Of a stretch of DNA of 64,000 nucleotides, positions 17,530-27,400 are shown piece by piece. This DNA comes from Croceivirga sp. (GTDB lineage: Bacteria > Bacteroidota > Bacteroidia > Flavobacteriales > Flavobacteriaceae), in contig JANQRG010000020.1 of NCBI GenBank assembly GCA_028284665.1, positions 46,186 through 110,185 of the forward strand, read 5' to 3'. The notes beneath the pieces are model-generated. The model ran no database searches. It saw only the letters and a list, made by a program, of their open reading frames with translations, and was not told the DNA's origin. Made by a program: the position numbers and the translations under genes. Position 1 is the stretch's first letter. Each line of letters opens with the position of its first letter.

Positions 17530-18465
17530 ATGAAGAAGAGTATTCTCTTAGTAATGGTAAAGATAATGGTCGCATGCTCCAACGATAATGGTCAGGGTCT
17601 GACTGAAGGTATTGGCAGTATTCCACTTGAACTACGAGACACCACTAATTTTAGCTATTTTTTACCAGGTACCGGCACCTTTGAGTTTCAGCAGAATTCA
17701 GTTAGGTCTACACAGGTGAATACCATTGAAACTAAGGTTCGAATTAAGAATAAGGAATCCGACTCCGAACCAGTCAGCTTCGAATTGTTTTTGTTTAAGA
17801 ATGCCAACTTTTCTGGGGCCAATTTGGACTTTGCGGCGGAAGCTAGCATTCCCAAGCAAGAAGAAGGTTATGTACTTCTATTTTCTAATGGTACGATCAA
17901 AATGGCCAACCACAATTTTCATCTTGCTCGATTTTCAGAAGAAGAAACCAGTACAAGTGGTAAATACTCGGGTACAGTTCGGGTTTTCTCTATTGATGGG
18001 GCCGAAAATGGAGATGGACAAGATGACTCAACAGATGGTAATGATGATGGGTCCGGTGAAGGTGGTTCTGAAGAGACTGATGATGAAACCGGGGACAACC
18101 CTCAGGATGGGGAAGAAGAAAATGGAGAAGAAAACACCGACGAATCCTTGGATGAAGATGAGGAAGGGCAGGAAGAACAAACCGCCTCTGAAACTACGCT
18201 TGACATTTTTAATGTTATTGGAAATATTGACGTAGACAACAACCTTTTTCTGCTTAGTACGAAAGAGGGCGCTGAATTTAATACGCTTTCAGGGGTGTTA
18301 CTAACCACGTCTAATCCTGAGTTTGCAGGAAACTTTGATAAAGATTCTTCAAAAAGCCTAACGGGTACCTTTCAAACATCAGCAGAAGAAGTTGTAATAC
18401 AACTATCCGTTGACGAAAATGGCGAAAGCAAAAACCTAACTATTGAACTAAATAAAAATAACTAG
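17530..18465 (+). CDS. Hypothetical lipoprotein with central polyacidic linker
   Basis: The lipobox-type N-terminus is MKKSILLVMVKIMVAC. Two beta-rich halves are separated by a roughly 65-aa D/E/G/N tract (residues about 157-221). I recognise no family. Confidence 0.7.
   Translation: MKKSILLVMVKIMVACSNDNGQGLTEGIGSIPLELRDTTNFSYFLPGTGTFEFQQNSVRSTQVNTIETKVRIKNKESDSEPVSFELFLFKNANFSGANLDFAAEASIPKQEEGYVLLFSNGTIKMANHNFHLARFSEEETSTSGKYSGTVRVFSIDGAENGDGQDDSTDGNDDGSGEGGSEETDDETGDNPQDGEEENGEENTDESLDEDEEGQEEQTASETTLDIFNVIGNIDVDNNLFLLSTKEGAEFNTLSGVLLTTSNPEFAGNFDKDSSKSLTGTFQTSAEEVVIQLSVDENGESKNLTIELNKNN
17998..18192 (+). repeat. Purine-rich imperfect GAN/GGN coding repeat encoding a polyacidic tract
   Basis: This DNA stretch is almost entirely GAW/GGW/GAR codons and translates as GAENGDGQDDSTDGNDDGSGEGGSEETDDETGDNPQDGEEENGEENTDESLDEDEEGQEEQ. 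Confidence 0.8.
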
Positions 18466-18467
18466 TC

Positions 18468-21400
18468 ATGAAAAATTTAGTTTTCAGTTATATCCTATTA
18501 TTCTTAGGGATCCACATTTTCTACGGTCAAAAAAAGGAAATAAAGGCTGTAGAAATCAATAAAGAATCTAAGCTCACTATCAAGGCAGATGCTTATTCCG
18601 TAAATAATGTCACCATTACGGTTACCCCTACGTCAAGCAGTGAAGGAAAAAACACGCAGTTAGAAGTCCCTTTTGAGTTTAAAGTCGCCCCGTTTAATGA
18701 AAAAATGTTCAGTGATAAGTTGTTGGAGGTATTGACCACTATAGAAAAGTATCAAACCGATAACAAACGATTGGATTCACTGTTAAAGGAGATCAAGGGT
18801 ACTTCCAAGACAGATAAAAAAGTGAAAGAGCTTGCAGAACTCTATGAAAGCATTAACAAAGTATTTTCTGAAGATCAGAAAAATCAGGTTTTTGCAAGCA
18901 AAGAACCATCAATTGAAAATATCAAAGAGAAATTGCCTATCGTAGAGAAGAAGGATGAGAACGGTAATGTGAAAAAAGATGACAATGACAACATAATTGA
19001 GATCATTGATGTAAAAAAAATAGAGCCTGAACTAAAAAAGAATTTAATCATAATACTTGAAGAAATCGCCAAAAACAGATTTCAAGAATTACTCGACCCA
19101 AACCTTCATAATGCCCTATACTTAACAAGAACTGGCAAGGGCGAAAAATACTACACGAATAAAACCAAGGTCAATGAACGTTTAGATGCACTTTTTAGAT
19201 ATTTTGATAGTCAGATCATTTTGATTTTTGCTTATGATACCGAGCCTGTTGCTGGTACTTTGTACTACAATAAAAAAGTAGAGGGGATACAGTATTTTAC
19301 GGATAGGAGTTATGAACTCTATTTTAATAATAAAGTACGTAACTACCACAAACTAATAAAAAGGCTACACACGGAACGCAGAGATTTTTTTTACAACAGA
19401 AAACTAAAGGATAAAGGAAATGAAGAAGGTCAAGCCATCGATAATCAAAACGGCACAAACAAAAAATCGGATAAAGCTTCAGTAAAGAAAAAAAACCTTA
19501 ATTATATAATTGAAAATCATAGGAAGGAACTTACAAATTATTATGCTCGAAAAGATTCCATTGCCAAAGTGGTAAATGCCAAAATAGAGGAGATTCGATA
19601 CAATCTTTCAACGGAGAGATACTTTGAGAAGGTCGAAAGGGTTTTGGAGAATTATTTAGAAGCCGAAGATGATGCGTTAGTCCCAGATTATCATAAGGGG
19701 ATTACAGTAAATGAAGCAGAAAAACTTTTGGAGAATACCAATTGGATAAACAATAGTAAAATGGATTTGGAGGGGAGGCTTAAATCGGAAAGTGATACTT
19801 CTAAGATGGACAGTTTGAAAAGACAACTGAAATTTAAAAATAATATTTTGACGGTTTTTTCACAATCTCAGACCGAAGCTGAAAAATGTAAAAACCTAAT
19901 AATTGACGGTATATTAAAACGTCAGACCGATAAACTCGAAGATGGTTTGAGAAGTGATACCTTAAGAACACTTCAATATTTTGAAATACTAAATTTCTTC
20001 ACCAAAAATCGTAAGGAATACAAGTCCAAATACATTTATAATCCAAAAGCATTTTATGATCGTTTTAAAGATCTTTCTTACCAATTTCGTGCTTTGAATA
20101 GGAACAAACGGAAGCAATTTATTTATGATAAAGTACTGAGACATCGAAACAAGCAAGTTTATGATAGTATCGGTAAATACTTGCCAGATTATGATAAAAG
20201 CAGAAAAAAGGTTAAAGAAATAACACTTTTAAGGGAGTATTTAGGGATAAAACGCAATCTATTTGAAAAAATAGATGAGTACACCCAACTACATTGGACG
20301 AATTATTTTTACAACCAAAAGAAGGAATGGAGGGATGCTAATAATAAGCGTAATTTTTGGGATAAAGCTGAATATATTAGAGATAATTATGATAGTATTT
20401 TTCCTTTGATGGATTGGGATCTAGACAAAAAAAAGAATTATAGACGAAGCGATAAATTGATTAGTGAAATCTCAAGTCTTGAAAACGAAATACTTGAATT
20501 GAATAGAAAGTACCGTACTCAGATTATCACGGATACTTATGATGAAGAGTTAGTTGCTAATATTGAGAATTTGGATGAAAGAGCACTCGCCGGAGTTTAC
20601 AACTTTATTTCAGATTCCCAATATAATTTTTTTGAAGGTGAAGAAAAAAAGCTTCAAAAAAGTAGGGATTCTCTTGGTAACAGAATAAACCAAATTGAGG
20701 ATAAAATGCAAAAGCATCTTAAAAATGGTCCCTTATGGAATGCTGAGGCCAATCTAATTGAACTAGACTTTAACGAAGGGTTTGCCGAACGTATTTTGAT
20801 GTATGCCAAGATTACGGAATTAGCCCCAGTGGATGAGGAAAGTCGACGTATTAATAAACGACTAAAAACAATACTGGATGAAAAAAATAATGGGAGTAAA
20901 GGGAATGAATGGGAAACCAATATTGGAAAAAATTTGACACTTAAAAGCCTTTTTCCATATGGATTTAGTTCTTCTAAGGATTATGATGATTTTAAAGAGT
21001 ATAAATTGGCTGTATACAAAGGGAGGCATCGAGAATTCGAAGTTAGGCTAGATTCAATATTTCCCAATTACGTGCAAAAATTGGAGAATAACCGCTTTGA
21101 TTTTAGCCCCAAAAATGAAGCGATTACTATGGGTCCTGAAAATATGGAGAAGGAAAAGAACAATTCTCGGGAGCTTAAAAAAGATACCAGTTCCAAACTC
21201 TTTAACCTTAGTGTTTATACGGATTTTAAGGGTTTTGAAGATAACCCGAATGGGTTGATGCAATTTGAATTCTCGAAGCTTATCCCCTTATACACCAAAA
21301 GAAAACCGAGTCTGTTTGGGCAACGTTATATAGACCGAGGGTTTAACTTCGGAAGGTTCAATTACATCATTCCTCAATTGCGTTGGGCACGTTTAGATGC

Positions 21401-22007
21401 TGGTGATGATGATGAGAATTTGGTGCTATCTTTTCAAACCGTTTTTGAAGGAGGTGAAGAATCCCAGCTGCCATTCGTAACTATCCTCGATTTGTTGCGT
21501 TTTGAGAATGTCTCTGTCGGAGCAGATTTAAACCTGTTAATGTTCGATTTGCCCACTAGCAAATTACGTTTTGAACTTAATGTAGGGGGGCGTTTTGGAA
21601 GAACAAAGGTATTGCAGGGAAATCAGCAAAATACAGATACTACAGATAATGTGACCATACCATCATTTGACACCAACAATTGGCGGTTTTACCCTGAATT
21701 TTTAACTCGATTAAGACCAGAAGAGCGTTATGGTGCCAGTCTTAGTCTAAGGCCTGTACGTTTTGATGCCAATACTACAGATTTTTCCGTTGTAAGTTCG
21801 GAAACCGAGTTTAGGGAAAATCTTCAAGATGATCCAAAATGGTTGCACCAAATAGAGTTTAATGCTTTTTTCTCACCTACTGGTCGAAGGGAAAATAGAT
21901 TCTTTTTTAGATATCGCTACACTAATACATCAGATTGGGCAACCAATGGCTTTAGCGAATGGCAGTTAGGGTATGCACTTACTTTTAGGGTACAGAACAA
22001 GGAGTAA
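18468..22007 (+). CDS. Hypothetical 1179-aa exported protein (K/E/N-rich helical centre, beta-barrel-like C-terminus)
   Basis: It is one uninterrupted 3.5-kb ORF that starts 2 nt after the lipoprotein gene. It has a signal peptide (MKNLVFSYILLFLGIHIFYGQ). The last roughly 250 aa show alternating-hydrophobic strand patterns. I found no catalytic motif. Confidence 0.75.
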   Translation: MKNLVFSYILLFLGIHIFYGQKKEIKAVEINKESKLTIKADAYSVNNVTITVTPTSSSEGKNTQLEVPFEFKVAPFNEKMFSDKLLEVLTTIEKYQTDNKRLDSLLKEIKGTSKTDKKVKELAELYESINKVFSEDQKNQVFASKEPSIENIKEKLPIVEKKDENGNVKKDDNDNIIEIIDVKKIEPELKKNLIIILEEIAKNRFQELLDPNLHNALYLTRTGKGEKYYTNKTKVNERLDALFRYFDSQIILIFAYDTEPVAGTLYYNKKVEGIQYFTDRSYELYFNNKVRNYHKLIKRLHTERRDFFYNRKLKDKGNEEGQAIDNQNGTNKKSDKASVKKKNLNYIIENHRKELTNYYARKDSIAKVVNAKIEEIRYNLSTERYFEKVERVLENYLEAEDDALVPDYHKGITVNEAEKLLENTNWINNSKMDLEGRLKSESDTSKMDSLKRQLKFKNNILTVFSQSQTEAEKCKNLIIDGILKRQTDKLEDGLRSDTLRTLQYFEILNFFTKNRKEYKSKYIYNPKAFYDRFKDLSYQFRALNRNKRKQFIYDKVLRHRNKQVYDSIGKYLPDYDKSRKKVKEITLLREYLGIKRNLFEKIDEYTQLHWTNYFYNQKKEWRDANNKRNFWDKAEYIRDNYDSIFPLMDWDLDKKKNYRRSDKLISEISSLENEILELNRKYRTQIITDTYDEELVANIENLDERALAGVYNFISDSQYNFFEGEEKKLQKSRDSLGNRINQIEDKMQKHLKNGPLWNAEANLIELDFNEGFAERILMYAKITELAPVDEESRRINKRLKTILDEKNNGSKGNEWETNIGKNLTLKSLFPYGFSSSKDYDDFKEYKLAVYKGRHREFEVRLDSIFPNYVQKLENNRFDFSPKNEAITMGPENMEKEKNNSRELKKDTSSKLFNLSVYTDFKGFEDNPNGLMQFEFSKLIPLYTKRKPSLFGQRYIDRGFNFGRFNYIIPQLRWARLDAGDDDENLVLSFQTVFEGGEESQLPFVTILDLLRFENVSVGADLNLLMFDLPTSKLRFELNVGGRFGRTKVLQGNQQNTDTTDNVTIPSFDTNNWRFYPEFLTRLRPEERYGASLSLRPVRFDANTTDFSVVSSETEFRENLQDDPKWLHQIEFNAFFSPTGRRENRFFFRYRYTNTSDWATNGFSEWQLGYALTFRVQNKE

Positions 22008-22010
22008 TAG

Positions 22011-23756
22011 TTATCTAACTTTAAGCCCCAACTCATCCAGTTGATCTTGGTCAATGGTTGCCGGAGCATCAATCATCACATCCCTACCGCTATTGTTTTT
22101 AGGGAAGGCGATAAAATCCCGAATGGTTTCCTGCCCGCCCAAAATAGCGACTAGTCGATCCAAACCAAAGGCTATCCCACCATGGGGAGGGGCTCCGTAT
22201 TGGAAGGCCTCCATCAAAAAGCCAAATTGTGCCTTTGCTTCCTCTGCGGTAAAACCAAGATGCTTGAACATAATGGCCTGGATTTCTTTGTCATGGATAC
22301 GAATAGAGCCCCCGCCAATTTCGTTCCCGTTTAGCACTAAATCATAGGCATTGGCACGCACCGCTCCCGGATCGGAATCCAGGAGGTCCAATTGCCCGGG
22401 CTTGGGAGAAGTAAACGGATGGTGCATCGCATGGTAATGGCCGGTTTCCTCATCCAATTCCAACAACGGAAAATCGACCACCCATAGGGGGGCAAATTCA
22501 TCAGGTTTTCGTAATCCGAGACGTTCCCCTAGTTCCATCCGCAGGGCACTGAGTTGGGCGCGTGTTTTGTTCGTTTCTCCTGAAAGCACGAGAATCAAGT
22601 CTCCCGCTTCTGCCCGGGTCAATTCGGCCCATTTGGCCAAATCTTCCTGCTCATAAAATTTATCTACCGAGGATTTAAAGGAACCATCTTCGTTACATTT
22701 TACATAGACCATTCCTTTGGCACCTACCTGCGGGCGTTTTACCCAGTCGGTTAAAGCATCTATCTCTTTACGGGTAAACGTAGCCGCTCCGGGAACGGCG
22801 ATACCCACTACCAATTCGGCCGAATTGAACACATTGAACTCCCGATGTTGGGCTACCGCATTTAGCTCCCCAAACTCCATTTTGAAACGGATATCCGGCT
22901 TATCGTTGCCATAGCGTTGCATGGCCTCGTCATAGGTCATTCGAGGGAAATCCGTTGGCTCTACCCCTTTGATCTCCTTAAGCAGATGTTTCGTCAACCC
23001 TTCAAAAGTTGTTAAAACATCTTCCTGTTCTACAAAGGCCATTTCACAGTCGATCTGGGTGAACTCCGGCTGCCTGTCCGCTCTGAGATCTTCATCCCGA
23101 AAACACTTCACGATTTGGAAATATTTGTCCAATCCTCCAACCATCAATAATTGTTTAAAGGTCTGGGGAGATTGGGGAAGTGCATAGAACTGCCCTTCAT
23201 TCATTCGGCTAGGTACCAAAAAGTCACGGGCGCCTTCCGGAGTGGATTTGATCAGATATGGTGTTTCAACTTCAATGAACCCCTGCCCTGAAAGATACTT
23301 TCGTACTTCCATGGTTACCTTGTGCCTAAAGACAAGGTTGTTTTTGATCGGTGTCCTTCTGATATCCAGATACCGGTATTTCATACGGAGGTCATCACCA
23401 CCGTCAGTTTCATCTTCAATGGTGAACGGAGGGAGCATTGCTTCGTTTAAGATGACAAGCTTTTGTACCAATACTTCTATGTCTCCGGTGGCCATATTTG
23501 GGTTTTTCGAGGCCCGTTCGATTACGGTTCCCGAAACCTGGATAACGGTCTCCCTTCCTATTCCTCTGGCTTGCTCCAATACTTGTTTCGGAGTACGCTC
23601 TTCGTCAAAAACCAGTTGTGTAATTCCATATCTGTCTCGTAAGTCTATCCAGACAACAAAGCCTTTATCCCGAATTTTGGCTACCCAGCCAGATAAAACA
23701 ACATTTTTTTCTGTATAAGAAGCATTTAATTCGCCACAGGTATTGGTTCTGTACAT
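22011..23756 (-). CDS. aspS: Aspartate--tRNA ligase
   Basis: It has an OB-fold N-terminus (V.LSGWV...R..G...F..LRD..G) and the class II motifs [16 protein letters not shown] and [13 protein letters not shown]. The protein is 581 aa. Confidence 0.95.
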   Translation of the reverse strand: MYRTNTCGELNASYTEKNVVLSGWVAKIRDKGFVVWIDLRDRYGITQLVFDEERTPKQVLEQARGIGRETVIQVSGTVIERASKNPNMATGDIEVLVQKLVILNEAMLPPFTIEDETDGGDDLRMKYRYLDIRRTPIKNNLVFRHKVTMEVRKYLSGQGFIEVETPYLIKSTPEGARDFLVPSRMNEGQFYALPQSPQTFKQLLMVGGLDKYFQIVKCFRDEDLRADRQPEFTQIDCEMAFVEQEDVLTTFEGLTKHLLKEIKGVEPTDFPRMTYDEAMQRYGNDKPDIRFKMEFGELNAVAQHREFNVFNSAELVVGIAVPGAATFTRKEIDALTDWVKRPQVGAKGMVYVKCNEDGSFKSSVDKFYEQEDLAKWAELTRAEAGDLILVLSGETNKTRAQLSALRMELGERLGLRKPDEFAPLWVVDFPLLELDEETGHYHAMHHPFTSPKPGQLDLLDSDPGAVRANAYDLVLNGNEIGGGSIRIHDKEIQAIMFKHLGFTAEEAKAQFGFLMEAFQYGAPPHGGIAFGLDRLVAILGGQETIRDFIAFPKNNSGRDVMIDAPATIDQDQLDELGLKVR

Positions 23757-23775
23757 GGAAATGTATTTTGAACGG

Positions 23776-23783
23776 CAAATTTA
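23776..23783 (-). promoter_or_regulatory. Bacteroidota-type -7 box (TAAATTTG) for aspS
   Basis: It matches TAnnTTTG on the minus strand, 19 nt upstream of ATG 23756. Confidence 0.45.
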
Positions 23784-23991
23784 ATGAGTTCCCTAATGGT
23801 TATGGCAACTATTTTCTGTCCTGATAAAAATTCCTTCTGTACAATATATCCTACCGTTTGTACATTTTGACGTATTTCCTGAGAATATGACAAAAGTCAT
23901 AAATAGTTCAAAATCAATTTTTTACATTAGTAATGTAAATTTAATGTAAACTAATTGTAAAAATAAAGCATACAATTCACTCAATAAATTG

Positions 23992-23999
23992 TATATTTG
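23992..23999 (+). promoter_or_regulatory. Bacteroidota-type -7 box (TATATTTG) for the MORN-repeat gene
   Basis: It matches TAnnTTTG, 41 nt upstream of ATG 24041. Confidence 0.35.
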
Positions 24000-24040
24000 T
24001 ATCGTTAATGTTAAGTGTTTAATTGACAAACCCACGTATT

Positions 24041-24391
24041 ATGAAGAGCGCAGTATTACTTTTAGCGATGATGTTTTCGGTTTATATGTTTTCACAAGAT
24101 ATTAAACCGACGTTTGAACAAGTTGGAAAAATGGTCCAGGCGACCTATTTCCACGACAATGGGGAAATAGCACAAACGGGCTATTTGCTCAAGGGAAAAT
24201 TACATGGGCAATGGTTTATGTATGATACTAAAGGAAAAAAGATCGCTTCCGGGAAATACATCAATGGTGTACGCGAAGGGAAATGGTTTTTCTGGGAAGA
24301 AGCGATTCTAAAGGAGGTCGATTTTAAGAACAACAAAATAGTTTCGGTTAAAAACTGGAACCAATCGGAAGCCGTTAGCGTGAATTTTTAG
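24041..24391 (+). CDS. MORN-variant repeat protein (YwqK-like), exported
   Basis: ATG 24041 gives the signal MKSAVLLLAMMFSVYMFSQ. The repeats G.LHGQWFMYD.KGK and G.Y.NGVREGKWFFW match the MORN_2 type. Confidence 0.7.
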   Translation: MKSAVLLLAMMFSVYMFSQDIKPTFEQVGKMVQATYFHDNGEIAQTGYLLKGKLHGQWFMYDTKGKKIASGKYINGVREGKWFFWEEAILKEVDFKNNKIVSVKNWNQSEAVSVNF

Positions 24392-24407
24392 CACCTTCGA
24401 AAACAAA

Positions 24408-24446
24408 GAAAAAGCCCTGGCATGAACATGCCAGGGCTTTTTTTAT
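24408..24446. terminator. Bidirectional intrinsic terminator
   Basis: GAAAAAGCCCTGGCATGaaCATGCCAGGGCTTTTTTT forms a stem of about 12 bp, flanked by an A-run and a T-run. It lies between the convergent MORN gene and the RND operon. Confidence 0.85.
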
Positions 24447-24461
24447 GCAGTCTTTATGTAG

Positions 24462-27400
24462 TTAAGCTGCAAGGTCCATTTTGGCTTCATCCCGTTCTTT
24501 CTTGCGATGACTGCCTTTGATCCTGATCTTTATTCGATAGACGATATTGAACAATACCGGTACAATAATCAACGTAAGGAAAGTAGCCACAATTAGACCA
24601 AAGATGACCGTCCAGGCCAGGGGCCCCCAGAAAATAACATTATCACCCCCTACATAGACCTGGGGATCAAATCGTCCGAACAGGGTTACAAAGTTGATGT
24701 TGAGTCCCGTAGCCAGGGGAATTAATCCCAACACTGTAGTGATGGCTGTTAAGATCACTGGGCGCAGTCTTGCTTTACCCCCTTTAATTATAGTCTCCGT
24801 TACTTCCTTCATTGTTAACAATTCATCATCCCCAATATCCAATTCTACTTTTTTTCGATCAATCAGTATTTGGGTATAATCCAGGAGCACCACCCCATTA
24901 TTTACTACAATTCCTGCCAGCGCTATGATCCCCATCATGGTCATCATGATGACAAAAGGCCAGCCTGTGGCAACCAGTCCTCCAAAGACACCAATAAAAC
25001 TCAAGAAAATGGCCATCATGATAATTGTTGGTTTGGATACTCCTCCAAATTGAAACACCAAAATAAGCATGATCAATCCCAGGCCAGACATAAATGCCCC
25101 ACCGAGAAACGCTTGCTGTTTGTCTTGCTCTTCGATCTCGCCGGTGTAATCTATTTTTACCCCGGGGGATAGCCCTTTAAAGCCTTCCATTTCCTTTTGT
25201 ATCTGATCTACTATAATTTTAGCATTACCTCCTGGTTTTAAGGCAGAATACACGGTTACGACCCTTTCTCCGTCGATGTGTTTTATGGCATTGAACGAAG
25301 AGGTGTTTTTTCGGGTAGCCACAGCAGAAATTGGGATTTCTTTGATCTTACCGGTGGCCTGATCCCTAAAGATGATGTTTTGATCGAATAGTGCACTGGT
25401 GTTATACCTGAGGTCCTCATTGAATCGGACATTGATGTCATAGTCTTCCCCATCTTTCTTGTACACCCCGGCTTTGTCGCCAAACAAGGATCTTCTAAGT
25501 TGCTGCCCTACCTGCCCGACAGAGACACCAAGCTCTCCGGCCTTTTGCCGATCTACGATTACCTGCATCCCGGGATTACCCTTGTTCACATCAACTTTTA
25601 GTCCTTCCATCCCGTCAATGCTTTTTGAATTGATATAATTCCGCATCCGTTCTGCAACATTGATCAGAGTATCGTAATTCTTTCCTACCAGCTCAATGTT
25701 TACGGGATAGCCAGCGGGCGGTCCTACAGCGTCTTTTTCCACCGAGATGGTTACCCCGGGATAGACCTCCGCCAATGAATTTTGAATACGAAACCGTAAT
25801 TGTTCGCTATCCTGTCCTTTCCTGAACTTGAATTCCTGCATGGATAGGGTTATCTTTCCCCGGTGCGGCATCTCTGCTGCTGAACCTCCTTCGGTAAAGG
25901 GGTTTTCCGCCCCTTTACCTACCTGGGAAACCCCGGTATCCAACAATAGGTTCTCACCATTCTCAAAATACTGTTCCTCTTCAACAATGGCATATATTCT
26001 TTCTTCAATGTCTTTGGTAATGATATTGGTTTTCTCAATATCGGTTCCTTGCGGATATTCGATATAAACATAAATCTCTTTTGGAGTATTATCTGGAAAA
26101 AACTCCATTTTAGTTCGTTGGCTTTCGACAGATGCCCCAAAGGTGGCAAATGCCGCAATCAGCAAAAAAACGGTGCCTCCAAAATACCAGTACACATTGT
26201 TCCCTTTTAAAGCTCCCTTAAGTTGCTTTTCATAAAGGTCTTCAAATCGGGTGAGAACGTTCTTTTGGAAATACAAGGCCCATTTCTTTAAGAAGTACTT
26301 ATAGATCCAGAACAAGCCTGCGACAACGATCATTAAAGTTCCCAAACCACGAATCGGGCCTCCAAACAAAAAGATAAAGAGACCAAAACCGCCCAAGATG
26401 ATTGTCAAACGTATTAATTGTTTACGGGTGAGTTCCTTCTCTCCGATCTCCATAAATTGTGAGACTAACATGGAGTTCATAAAGATGGCTACAAAGAGCG
26501 AGGAACCCAATACCACCGAAAGTGTAATAGGGAAGTAAATCATAAATTCCCCCATTATACCCGGCCACATACCTAATGGTACAAAAGCAGCTACTGTAGT
26601 AGCGGTAGAAATAATAATAGGAATTGCAATTTCACCAATCCCTTTTTTAGCTGCTTCTTTTCGGGACATACCTTCCTTATCCATCAAGCGGTAAACGTTC
26701 TCTACCACTACAACCCCGTTATCTACCAACATTCCTAGTCCCATGATCAATCCGAAGAGGATCATGGTATTTAAGGTATACCCCAATGCCGAAAGGATCA
26801 TAAAGGACATGAACATAGACATGGGAATAGCAAACCCTACGAAAAGAGCGTTTCGGAACCCTAAAAAGAACATCAGAACGGTGACCACGAGAATGATCCC
26901 GAAAATGATATTGTTCACCAGATCGTCTACCTGGTTCAGCGTGCTACTACTACTATCATTGGCAAAACTGATCTCAAGATTTTCCGGGAGATAGTCTTCC
27001 TGCGCTTCGGCTACAATAGCCTTGATCTTTTCGGTGGCTTGTACCTCATTTTTACCGGAACGCTTCTTAATGTCCAGCATCACTACACTTTCTCCCATTT
27101 CACGGGCGTAGGTAGTCTTATCTTCTTCGGTAAATGAAACCACGGCAAGATCTTTAAGATACACAGGGCCGTCCTCGGACTTGACCACAAAATCATAAAG
27201 TTCCCTGGGTTCATCAATTTCACCGGTTATACGTATGGTCCTACGTTGCCCGCTGGTAATCAAATTGCCTGCAGACATGGTCATGTTGCCATTAGCGATA
27301 GCTTGTATTACATCATCAAAGTTTACTTTGGCGGCCATCATTTTATTGATGTCCACAGCTACTTCCACTTCTTTTTCCTGGGCGCCCCGAATATCAACCT

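Noticed and set aside
17726-18235. A 169-aa K/M/R-rich ORF in an alternative plus-strand frame inside the lipoprotein gene.
   Set aside because: It is a frame-shifted reading of the purine-rich GAN/GGN tract. It has no independent start context, it overlaps a longer ORF that has a lipoprotein signal, and its composition is an artefact of the repeat.
18468-22007. The idea that the giant ORF is a toxin, defence effector or polymorphic-toxin carrier.
   Set aside because: It has no recognisable catalytic motif, no RHS, YD or haemagglutinin repeats, no adjacent immunity-like small ORF, and no secretion-system genes nearby. A structural envelope role fits the signal peptide and the barrel-like end better.
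23242-23718. A 158-aa ORF antisense to aspS. Similar shadow ORFs occur at 22054-22347, 38048-38512, 38547-38924, 40246-40617 and 1979-2446.
   Set aside because: All are embedded in genes with strong family signatures on the opposite strand or in another frame. They are shadow ORFs.
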